A DNA stretch of 64,000 nt from Planctomycetota bacterium (GTDB taxonomy: Bacteria > Planctomycetota > Phycisphaerae > Phycisphaerales > UBA1924). The stretch covers positions 292,796 to 356,795 of the forward strand of contig CP053450.1 of the NCBI GenBank assembly GCA_013285505.1. The letters run 5' to 3'. Below, piece by piece: positions 1 through 9,572 of the stretch (position 1 is its first letter; the number at the start of each line of letters is the position of its first letter). The position numbers and the translations under genes were made by a program. The notes under the pieces are model-generated. The model was not told the origin of the DNA. It saw only the letters and a program-made list of their open reading frames with translations, and did no database searches.

Positions 1-1617
1 CACGATCACCACACTGGCGCGGTGGTCGGACAGCCCCGGTGCGCCGTGGAACTCGGCGATCAGGTCCAGCGCGATCTGGCCCTCGGTCTTGGCCAGCTCG
101 ATCACGGGGATCGCCTGCTCGAAGGCCTGCAGCACCTTGCGCGCGCTCTCGAACGTGCCGGCCTTCTCCGCCCATGTCGCGCCGGGGAGGACGACGTCTG
201 CCCCGTCGACCATCGCCGTGCCGTGGGTGTCGAGCAGCACGACGAATCTGCCGCCGCTGGCCCCGCCACCTGTCCCCTCGCTTGCGCGAGGGGCTCGATG
301 GATCGCGCCGGTCACCTCGGGACGGGCCCAGTCCTCGCGGTAGTTGCCGGTGGCGATGATCGCGCCGATGTCCTGTTCCTTGACGCGCGCCAGGAAGGCG
401 TCGGCGTCGAGCACCATCTGCCCGATCGCGCCGAGCACCCGCTGCACGCCGCGGGCGTTGGGGGCCTTCTCGGCGTACATCGTGAAGGCCTTGGGGTCGT
501 CGGCCTTGGCCCCGGGGGGGAAGGTCTGGTCCTCACCGACAAAGGGCACGGGCCCGACGCCGAAGATCGCCTGCGGGTCGATCAGCTTGGCCAGCGTGCC
601 GAGGGCGTAGGCCTCTTCGCACGTCAGGTTCGGGCTGACCATCAGCGCCAGGCGCTTGCCGCCGGCGACGGCGTGCTTGAGCCCGGCGATCGTGTCCTCG
701 TAGGCCCGCTTGTAGTCGTCCTCGATCAGCGCGCCGTGCTTGCGGCGCATCGGCGAGCGGAGCCGGTTGTCGGCGTGCACGTGCTTCCAGCCGTAGCGGA
801 CCTCGTCGGTGATCCACCACTTGTTGACGGCCATGTTCTCGCGGGGCTTGATGCGGTAGACGTTGCCCTCGTTGTGCTCGATCCAGATGTTGTCGCCGCT
901 GGCGGTAATGCCATCGATCGACGGGGTGCTCCGCAGGAACCACACCCGCTGGGCGAAGAGGAAGTCCTTGTCCAGCAGCGCGCCCACCGGGCACAGGTCG
1001 ATCACGTTGCTGGCCAGCGGGTTGTCCAGCGCCTCGCCGGGGAAGATATCGATCTCGCTCTTGTTGCCCCGCCCGTCCACGTAGAGCTCGCTCGTCCCGG
1101 TCACCTCACGCGTGAAGCGGACGCACCGCGTGCACAGGATGCACCGGTCGGAGTAGAGCAGGATGTTCGGGCCAACGTCCTTCTTGGGCTGCTTGACCTT
1201 CTGCTCTTCGAAGCGCGACGCCCCCCGCCCGTAATCGAACGAGTAGTCCTGCAGCAGGCACTCGCCGGACTGGTCGCACACCGGGCAGTCCAGCGGGTGG
1301 TTGATGAGCAGGTACTCCATCACCGACTTCTGGTTGGCGACCGACTTGGGCGAGTCGGTGTTGACCACCATGCCGTCCACGGCCGCGGTCTGGCAGGTGG
1401 GGAACAGCTTGCCGCCCATGTACGGCTCGAGCTTGCCCTCGTTGCGCGGGTTGGGCGCCATCGCCTCGCCCAGGCAGATGCGGCAGCTGGCCACGATCGT
1501 GAGCCCGTCGTGGTAGCAATAGCTCGGGATGTCGATCCCGTTGGCGTGAGCCACCTGGAGGATCATCTGACCCTTGGTGAACTCGCACGCAACGCCGTTG
1601 ATGGTGATGGTCGGCAT
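1..1617 (-). CDS. nuoG: NADH-quinone oxidoreductase subunit G-like Fe-S protein (N-terminal 539 codons; C-terminus lies beyond the left edge)
   Basis: Absent from the ORF track because it is open at position 1. Reverse complement from ATG (1617-1615) reads MPTITINGVACEFTKGQMILQVAHANGIDIPSYCYHDGLTIVASCRICLGE (2Fe-2S ferredoxin-type start). It continues with HPLDCPVCDQSGECLLQD and SDRCILCTRCVRF (4Fe-4S motifs) and a molybdopterin-oxidoreductase-like region. The frame stays open to nt 1. The + strand ORF 22..1740 is its antisense shadow. Confidence 0.8.
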   Translation of the reverse strand, partial: MPTITINGVACEFTKGQMILQVAHANGIDIPSYCYHDGLTIVASCRICLGEAMAPNPRNEGKLEPYMGGKLFPTCQTAAVDGMVVNTDSPKSVANQKSVMEYLLINHPLDCPVCDQSGECLLQDYSFDYGRGASRFEEQKVKQPKKDVGPNILLYSDRCILCTRCVRFTREVTGTSELYVDGRGNKSEIDIFPGEALDNPLASNVIDLCPVGALLDKDFLFAQRVWFLRSTPSIDGITASGDNIWIEHNEGNVYRIKPRENMAVNKWWITDEVRYGWKHVHADNRLRSPMRRKHGALIEDDYKRAYEDTIAGLKHAVAGGKRLALMVSPNLTCEEAYALGTLAKLIDPQAIFGVGPVPFVGEDQTFPPGAKADDPKAFTMYAEKAPNARGVQRVLGAIGQMVLDADAFLARVKEQDIGAIIATGNYREDWARPEVTGAIHRAPRASEGTGGGASGGRFVVLLDTHGTAMVDGADVVLPGATWAEKAGTFESARKVLQAFEQAIPVIELAKTEGQIALDLIAEFHGAPGLSDHRASVVIV

Positions 1618-1714
1618 AGGGCGGAGTGTAGGGGCCCGGACCACCCCCAAACACCCCCGCAGTCACGGTCCTTCCCAAACGAACACCTTGCGGGACCGGC
1701 CCCGGTCGGGCCGG

Positions 1715-4700
1715 TCAACAGTCGGACGTCCAGACGTTGAGGAAGGCCAGCACGTCGCGGGTATCGATGACCCCGTCGCCGTTGAAGTCGCCGGCGGGCT
1801 CGCCGCCGGCCCACGCGTTCAGGAAGGCGAGCACGTCGCGGGAATCGACCAGCCCGTCGCCGTTGAAATCGCCGGGGCAGGTCTGCGCCAAGCCCGTCGC
1901 CCAGGACACCGCCCGCTCGACGATGGTCTTGCCCGCGTTGGTGGTCGTCTGCCAGTTGGCGTCCTCCAGGAACAAGAACACGCGGCGTGCGGGGGCAATG
2001 TGGCCGCCCAGCAGGACCGCGCCAGCCTCGGCCGCGAGAATCGCCGCATCGCCGGGGGCACCCGACCGTGTCGCCAGCACATCCACGCCGGGGGCGATCG
2101 CGCCGCGCCCCAGGCTCATGCTCGACGGAGAGGAGAACACCGCGAGCCCGCCCGGAGACAGGCCCTCGGTGATCGGGTGTGTATTGTCCACGATGTCCAC
2201 CGACACCGTGCCGCCCTCGACGCCGTGGTCGGCCGCGAGCGGCTCGCGGTCGGTCTGCAGCAGGGCGTTCTCCCAGAACACCACCGGGACCTCCTGATCG
2301 CGGAAATCGCCGGCGACGTTGGCCGAGAGGATCGTGGAGGAGAGCACGACCGCGTCGAACTGCGCGGCGATCTCGGCCGCCGTCGGGCGCGCGCCGCGAT
2401 CGTCGTCGAAGCTCGTCACCTCGTAGCCCAGCCCGGCGAGGAAGTCGGCCACGGCCTGGTCGGAGGGCGAGGGGGGCAGCGAGCCGCCAATCATCGCCAC
2501 GGTGGGGAACTGGCCGACCTTGATGTAGCCGTTCTTCTGCTCGACCACGGTCCCGGCCGTGCCCCTGACCACGAGGCGGACGGTGTAGACGCCGTCGAGC
2601 CGCGTAGGTGTGCGTGGGGTGCTGTTGCGAGCTGCCGGTGCCGTCGCCGAAGGACCACTCCCACGCGCTGGCGCCGGGGACGTCGGAGAGATCGGTAAAG
2701 TGCACGGTGAGCGGCCGGTCGCCGGCGCGGACGTCGGCGACGAACTCGGCGGTGCCGACGTAGCGGATGCGGAGGATGTTGGCCCCGCGGTCGATTGGGG
2801 ACGTGTAGTCCCGGTCCTTGTAGAGGTCGCTGAAGTAGAGGCCGTCGGGCCCGGCCGCGATGGCGACGGCGGTGGCCTTGCCCGAGCCGTTGTAGACGAC
2901 CACGTCGCGCTCGCCCTCCACGAGGTTGCCCTCGTCATCGAGGATCCACTCGGTGACCCGCTTGCCCCGGTCCTGGTAGCCGCTGGCCCAGGTGGGGCCG
3001 GACTCGGTGATGAAGGCCCGCCCGTGGCGTTCTGCGGGGAAGCCGCTGCCGCCGAAGACGGAGGGCTGGACGAAGGCGATGTTGACCGGCGCGTGGGCAG
3101 GGTCCCAGTTGTAGATCGCGGAGTTGCGCATCGACTGGTCGGAGCCGTCCCACCGGTAGTTGTGCCCACGGACGGTCTTGGAGAAGCGGTCCACGCTCGG
3201 GCCATTCTCGACGACGTAGTGGGAGCCGTCGGCATCGCGCCATGCGCCGCCGAAGGGGTTGCGCAGTCCGTAGGTGTAGATGTAATCGCGGGCGGTGAAC
3301 CCGTCGCTGGCGTTGTAGAAGGGGTTGTCGGAGGGCACCCAGCCGTTCCTGTCGATCCGCAGGATCTTGCCGCGGAACGAGTTGAGGTCCTGGGCCCGCG
3401 CGGCGTCAAAGCCGTCGCCCATGTGGATATAGAGCATCCCGTCGGGGCCGAAGGTCAGGTTCGAGATCTGGTGCGACTGGCCCTGGGTCTCCCCCACCAT
3501 GTCGAGGACGGTGGTCTGTGTCGCGGCGGTCCTGCCGCCGTCGCTGCTCGTGAAGCGGACCACCTTGGGGTAGTGCGGCGCGTTGTCGTTGTTGGGGTCG
3601 GTGCTGTAGAGCATCGCCGCGTACACGTCGCCGTTGTCGGGGTCCACCGCGATGCCCGTCAGCCCCTGCTCGCCCGAGCCCGGGAAGTTGCCTGTGGGGT
3701 TGAAGTTGAGCAGGCCGGTGGCGTAATCGGCCACGGTGCCGTCGCGCAGCACGACCTTGATGGTGCCGTAGAGCTCGCTGACGTAGTAGTACGGGTCGTC
3801 ATCGTGGCGCAGCCCGTGGTCGGGCGCGAACGCGATGTTGACCGGGAGTTGGAACCCGGTGGCCACCACCTCGACCCGGAAGCCCGGCTGGGCAACGCTC
3901 CACGGCACGGGCGCACCCCGCGCCAGCTCCGCGAAGTCGGGCTCCTCCTGCGAGAGGTCGCCCACGTAGGTGCTGCCGTTGCTGGAGATCCAGAAGACGG
4001 CGCTCTCGCCGGGCTCGAGCGCGGCTGCGGGGAGGTAGACCGTCACCTGTTCGCCCAGCTCGTTGGTGATGATCAGGTCGGACTCGGGCACGCTCAGGCT
4101 CACCGATCCGGCTCGCAGCACGACGCGCGGGTGCGCGTGCTCCTCGAGGGCCGGCGGGTTGACGATCTCGTTGGAGTCACCGTCGATGCCGCGGAGCTCC
4201 AGCAGCAGGTGGCCATCGAACTCGTCCATGACCAGGACGCCGGGCGGGGAACCCGCCGGCAGCGCCAGCGACACGCCGGTGGTGTCCTCCCACCGGGGCG
4301 CGGGGTCCTGGGCGATGTCGATCAGCTCGAGCGGGAAGATGGCGGACGCCTCGCCGGTCTGGAACAGGCGGTCGGCCCAGGGGCTCCAGTCGTTGGACTG
4401 GCCGCTGTCGTCTCTGTGGCGGACACGGAGCACGTACTCGGTCTCGGGGAGCAGTTCGTCGCGCCCGGCGTGCGAGTTCTCGAAGACGCCGTCGCCCAGG
4501 TGCGAGTGCACGCGCTCGACCCCGCCGATGCACTCGGTGACCCACACGCGCTCGGCGGGGTCGAGCGTCCAGATCTCCCAGTCGGTGCACAGGTGGTCGT
4601 CGCCGGGGTCGGGGTCCGAGAAAGGCCCGGTCTCCATGTGCACGTCCGCGGGGTTGAGGATCAGCCCGTCAACCTCCGGCTGCGTGATCAGGGGAGCCGC

Positions 4701-4787
4701 GGGCGGATCGTTCTGCGCGAGGCAGGGGACCGAGACGACAAGTACTCCGAGCCAGGCCAACACTTTGGCGCTGCGTGAGATACACAT
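1715..4787 (-). CDS. secreted multidomain protein: PQQ-type sugar dehydrogenase-like beta-propeller + PKD + unassigned alpha/beta domain + C-terminal Cys-bracketed dockerin-like module; one apparent frameshift
   Basis: Signal-peptide start MCISRSAKVLAWLGVLVVSVPCLAQ at ATG 4787 with GGAGAG just upstream (the track ORF starts further up at 4904). LYIHMGDG, RGKILRIDRNGWVPSDNPF and YTYGLRNPFG indicate a glucose/sorbosone dehydrogenase-like propeller. WEWSFGDGTGSSQQHPTHTYA..DGVYTVRLVV is a PKD domain. The tail is CPGDFNGDG...NVWTSDC-stop. The reading frame switches from ORF 1563..4904 to ORF 1715..3409 inside the PKD motif near 2599-2604. Confidence 0.75.
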
Positions 4788-4943
4788 GAGGATTCTCTCC
4801 AGGGAATCGGACGGGTCGAGTGTACTCCAAAGCGCCCGTGCGCCAAGTATTCTGTTGCGTGCTCCGGCGAGTCGGGCCGGGCTTGCCTGCGCGCGTGCTG
4901 GCACCCCGCAGGAACCGACGGCTCCGCTGCCGGCGCGTAGAAA

Positions 4944-4969
4944 GAGAACCCGCCTCGCGGCGGGTTCTC
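4944..4969 (-). terminator. rho-independent terminator-like hairpin downstream of the 4999..6451 gene
   Basis: gagaacccgcc-tcgc-ggcgggttctc is a perfect 11-bp stem. On the minus strand it is followed by TTTCT. Confidence 0.5.
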
Positions 4970-4998
4970 GGGGGTCTGTCAGAGACTCCGCGTGCGGC

Positions 4999-6451
4999 TT
5001 AGCAGCCGGCGTTCCACAGGTTCAGGAAGGCCAGCACGTCCTGCGTGTTGATGCTGCCGTCGTTGTTGATGTCGGCCGAACCCTCGCCGTTGTTCCAGGC
5101 GTTCAGGAAGGCCAGCACGTCCTGCGTGTTCACCGAGCCGTCGCCGTTGAAGTCGGCCACGCAGTCGTCCACATCGTTCTCGTAGGCGTAGGTGTTGCCG
5201 CCGTTGCCGAACGTGTTGGCGTGGACGGCCTTGCTGCCCACGAGCACATACTTCCCGTCGCGGCTCATGTCCAGCTCGAACGGCGAGCCGTCGGTGTCGA
5301 TCGACCCGATCATGTTGAGGTCGCGGTCAAAGATCCGCACCTCGGGCTCGGTGTTGCTCGCGTCGCCCCACGAGGCCGCAGCGAAGATCGTGCCATCCTC
5401 GTTGGTCTGGGACGCCACCGCCGAGTTCTGGAAGCTGCCCGAGCCCGTGTAGCTGCTCACCGCGACGACCGATCCGTCGGTGAGGTCCACGATGCGGTGC
5501 TCGTTGGTGAGGTAGCCGTCGCCGTAGTCGTGGCTGAGGGCAAAGAGCGTCTGCCCGTCGCCGCTGAGCGACATGCCCCAGCCGAACCAGTCGCTCGAGC
5601 CGTTGCCGGTGTAGACCGACTGCCAGACCCCGCCGACCTCACGCGCCGCACGGATGTTGAATCCGCCCGCAGCGATCGCCGTGCCGTCGCGCGAGATGCG
5701 GTGGTAGCCGCCCGCGCCCGAGGTCTGGATCGAGTACTCCTCGGTCATCGTCGCCACGTCGTAGAGCCGGGCCGTGTTGCCCATGGTCAGCACCATGCGC
5801 GCGCCGCTGTCGTCCATCTCCACGCCCGAGCAGAAGCCCGCGAGAGTCGTCGTGCCGACCACGCCGCCGGATCCATCGAGCACCACCACCAGCGAGTTCG
5901 TCCCGTCGTAGGCCACGGCCGCGACGCGCGAGCCGTCGGCGTTCACCGCCACGTTCCGCTTCGAGGCGTTGTTGTACGCGCTGTCGAAGCCGTAGCTCCA
6001 GAGCGGTGTGTTGCCGCCGGCGTCGGAGAACGCCCGCACGTTGATCGGCCCGCCGCTGGGGTAGCTGATCACCGCGCACTTCGAGGCGTCGGCCGCCGCG
6101 GCCACGCCGATCGTGCCGGGGTTCTCGTCCGCGAGCGAGTACACGAAGTCGGGCACGCCTGCGCCCGCGGTCGTGAACTTGCTCATCCGCTTGTCGTTGA
6201 GCGAGTGGGCCACCCACGACTCGCCGCCGCCGTTGCCCAGCCGCCACCGAGTCGGTGATCGACACCGCGTCGTTGAAGCTCCACAGCAGGCCGGCCCGGG
6301 TGGTCATGCCGTCCTCGCCGAGCATCAGCTGCGGCACAAAGTCGCGGTCCGCGCGCGCGCCGTTGGCGTCGGTCGTCGCCACATCACGCGATGCCTGCTG
6401 TCCGAAAACAGTCCCCGCACACACACAGATAGTCAGTGCTGTCAAACGCAT
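4999..6451 (-). CDS. secreted beta-propeller-like repeat protein with C-terminal Cys-bracketed dockerin-like module; one apparent frameshift
   Basis: Signal-peptide start MRLTALTICVCAGTVFGQQ (ATG 6451, GGAGAG upstream) lies in ORF 5639..6505. The body lies in ORF 4999..6213 and shows repeated ..DG[ST]..a.. blades, e.g. VNADGSRVAAVAYDG, ISRDGTAIAAGG, LSGDGQTLFALS, MSRDGKYVLVGS. The tail CVADFNGDG...NLWNAGC is in the same ORF. Frames join near 6236-6240 (..SITDSVAAG / GNGGGESWVAHSLNDKR..). Confidence 0.65.
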
Positions 6452-6644
6452 TCGATCTCTCCTGTCAGCAGTTGTCCCCGCACAGTCGTCCGCTCCGGGC
6501 ACCAACCCGGGCGAACAGTCAGTCTACCGGATACCCGCGTTTCAGGCACTACCGAACCATGCCCACAACATCCGAATCTTTCATCCAATTGCGGCCCGGC
6601 ATGCAAACAAAACATGCCGAGCCCCCGAGACCACCGGGCCATTC

Positions 6645-9554
6645 TCAACACCCGGAGGTCCAGAAATTCAGGAAGAGCAGGAAGTCCTGGGTGTTCACCG
6701 TGCCGTCGCCGTTGAGGTCGGCCGAGCACACGCCGCCGGAGCAATCCATCACCCGCTGCACGTTCCAGTCGTTCAGATAGGCAAGGAAGTCCTGCGTGTT
6801 CACCGACCCGTCGCCGTTCCAGTCGGCTTGGCACCCGTCCACCACACTCAGGCCGACGAACAATTCACCGACATACACCTCCCATTCCAGCCCGGTGGGC
6901 AGCTCGGGGAGATCCGCGGCCGCGAAGTCGTTGAAGATCCCCCCCAGCGTGTCGATCAACCGGTAACTCTCCCCGCCCTCGGGCACAAAGCCGTCGATCA
7001 GCGACACCCGCAGCGTGCCGCCCAGCGTCGCCGACCCGGCCACCGTGATCACATCGGTATTGTCCGCACCGCCGACATCGACCAGAAGCTGGCCATCGTC
7101 GAACAGCGTGAGATCGCCCACGAAGTCGAACTGGCCCGCCCGAGCGATCCCCCCGGGGATGACGCGCCCGTGGCTCCTGGTGTCCGGCGCCTCGATCGTC
7201 GCGGGTGCCGGCAGCAGGCCGGGCGCGATCACGCCCTGGATGTCACCGAGCACCGAGTGCAGGTCGAGATCGTCGTCGGATTTGACCTTCGCCCCGTCGC
7301 CCACTCCCAGCGTGCCCGAGCCCTCGATGTCGATCTTCGGCGCCATCGTCGTGCCCGACAAGGCCTCGAGTGTCCCGTCGTCGATCGTCAGCGGCTGCCC
7401 GAAGCTCCAGTCCCCGACCGACTCCACCCTCGCCCCGCCGTCGATGGTCTCGACATCCGAGCCCCACGGCTGGCTGGCCGCGTCCCCCCGCACCCGCGTC
7501 CCCTGCCCCGTCACGCGCGAGACCGTGAGGCCCGGGAACGTGATCGACCCGGTCGTCACCACATCCCAATCACCACCCGTCAGCTCGTTGCCGACGATCT
7601 GCACCACGTCCCTGAAGACCGCGTCGGCCTCGTCCACCACCACCGAACCCCGATTGTCGAAACGGACCGCCGCGTTGTGCCCGAACGACGGGCCGTCCGG
7701 ATCCCCGACCATGTACACGCCCGTGTTGGTAAAGAGCCCGCCCGAGCCCACCGCCTGGTTACCGCCCGATCCCTCGACGCTCCACACCCCGGTGTTCTCC
7801 GCCACCCCACCCTCGAACCGCAGCCCCGAATACTGCCGAACATCGACATCGTTCCGCAACAACCCCCGCACGTCCGAAGCCCCCCCCGCGAGCTGCAGTT
7901 CCGCGCTGTTGATCAGCGTCGTCCCCATGTCGCACCCGTGCATCAGCATCCGCCCCTGCTCGTGGCGGATCTCGCCCGTGCCGATCGCGATCACGTTCTC
8001 GACCTCAATCCCGGTTTGCCCCGCGTCGCCGAGGTCCTCGGTCCGCAGCGTGCCGATCACATTGAGTGTGTGCGTCAGCCCGGCAAAGAGCACCCGCCCG
8101 TCCTGCTCGGCACGCGCCACAACATCCCCCGCGATGAACGTCGTGACGTCGATCCCCCCAAAGACCAGCCTGCCGCCGCACCGGCTCGCAGCACGCACCG
8201 TGCCGCCGGTCCACGATCCCCCACCGATGAGATAAACCTCCCCGTCCAAGGTCTCGATCAACCCGCCCGGTCTCAGCTCGACCGGCACGCTCACGGTGTT
8301 CACCCGGAAGTAGCAGGGATCCCCGTCCTCCCGAGGCACCGCGAGGCGCCCGTGGACGAACAGCGACGGCGTGCTCCCGCCCGACGCCCTCGTGATCGAG
8401 GTGCTCGCCTGCGCGCCGGGCAGGAGCACCTCGCCGCCGGTCTCGATCGTCAGGTCCGCGCCGAGCCGCCAGCGACCCCGCCGGGATCTCCACCACACCA
8501 CCACTCTGCACCCACGACGGCACGCGGAGCGTCGACGACCCCACGTTGGTCAGCTTCCCCCCACGGCGATGCCGCCGGTCCCGGCCGGGGAGCTGACCGT
8601 GGCCGAGTGCAGGGCAGCGTTGCCCGAGACCGTCAGGAGCCCGTCGAGCTGCATGGTCCCGTACACATCCAGCGACCCCGGCGACTCCACCGCCGCGCTG
8701 AGCAGTCCGCTGTACACGTTGCTCCCGTTCCGCAGCTCCACCGTGCCGTCGCCCCGGAACGTCACGCCCTCGATCTCGTTGGGGAAGCTCCCCGAGAACC
8801 ACACCTGCCCGCCCTCGGTCGGCTCGATCGCCGTCAGCGCAGCGCATACTCCCCCGCAGGTCCAGGATCCCGCGGTCGGCAAACAGCAGCCCCGCGTTGG
8901 CCTCGAGCCGGGCGTCGATCCGCGACTGGTCGTTCGGGCCCGTCCCCAGGTGCCCGATCTGCCCGCCCGTCAGACGCGTCAGCCCGCCGCTCACCTCGTC
9001 GAGGTCCGCCGTCGTCCGCAGCGCCCAGCGACCCGGTCACATCCACCACGCCCCCGCCCCACGGGAGCACATCGCCCGACGCCACCAGCGAGCCGGCGAT
9101 CGTGAGCTGCGTCCCCTCCACGCGGATCAGCTCCGCGGAGGTCGCCGACCCGGCGATCCGCGCCCCCGCCCGGGCCGCTGAAGATCGTGCCCTTCGACAG
9201 CGTCGTCACCCCGTCCAGCGTCAGCAACCCCTGCGTCACGACCGAGCGCGTGCAACACCCCTGGAGCGTGAAATTCCGGATCGACGAAGGCTCGGCCAGA
9301 TACAGGCTGCGGCTGTCGAGCACCAACCCCGTGTCGGCCAGCAGCGAACGCACATCGATGTCCGCCGACTGCGCCACCGGCACGGCACCCTGCACCAGCA
9401 CCGCGTCCGCCGACCCCGGCACCCCGTCGGGGTCCCAATTCAGATCCGCAAACCAGTCCGTGCTCCCCGCGCCGCCGTCCCAGGCCTTGCTCTGCCCCAT
9501 CGCCGCACCAGCCGAGCACACCAGCACCGCCGCCGTCACCGCCCGATACCGCAT
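6645..9554 (-). pseudogene. beta-helix/adhesin-like surface protein with dockerin-like tail, tandem paralog of 9573..12482, interrupted by about 5 frame changes between 8470 and 9170
   Basis: Start MRYRAVTAAVLVCSAGAAMGQSKAWDGGAGSTDWFADLNWDPDGVP (9554) parallels the neighbour MRYGSVLLCVVGMAAGHALAQSKMWDGDGGNLLWFDGANWDPDGVP. Sensible protein sequence hops between ORFs 8991..9554, 8834..9121, 8005..8994, 8550..8882, 8005..8994 again, and 6645..8504. The changes are near 9168, 9028, 8855, 8557 and 8470, three of them at G5-G6 runs. The tail is CQADWNGDG...NFWTSGC. Confidence 0.7.
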
Positions 9555-9572
9555 CGCCTCGCTCCTTCCTCT

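Noticed and set aside
22-1740. 572-aa + strand ORF (and similar giants: 2610..4778, 6255..10700, 23915..29539 minus, 31364..33463 minus, 40092..44153, 53805..56087 minus, 46501..48837, 60775..63507)
   Set aside because: Each lies antisense or off-frame to a gene with clear family motifs. Their translations are Arg/Pro/Gly/His-rich with no recognisable domains. Stop codons are rare in all six frames at this G+C, so length alone is no evidence.
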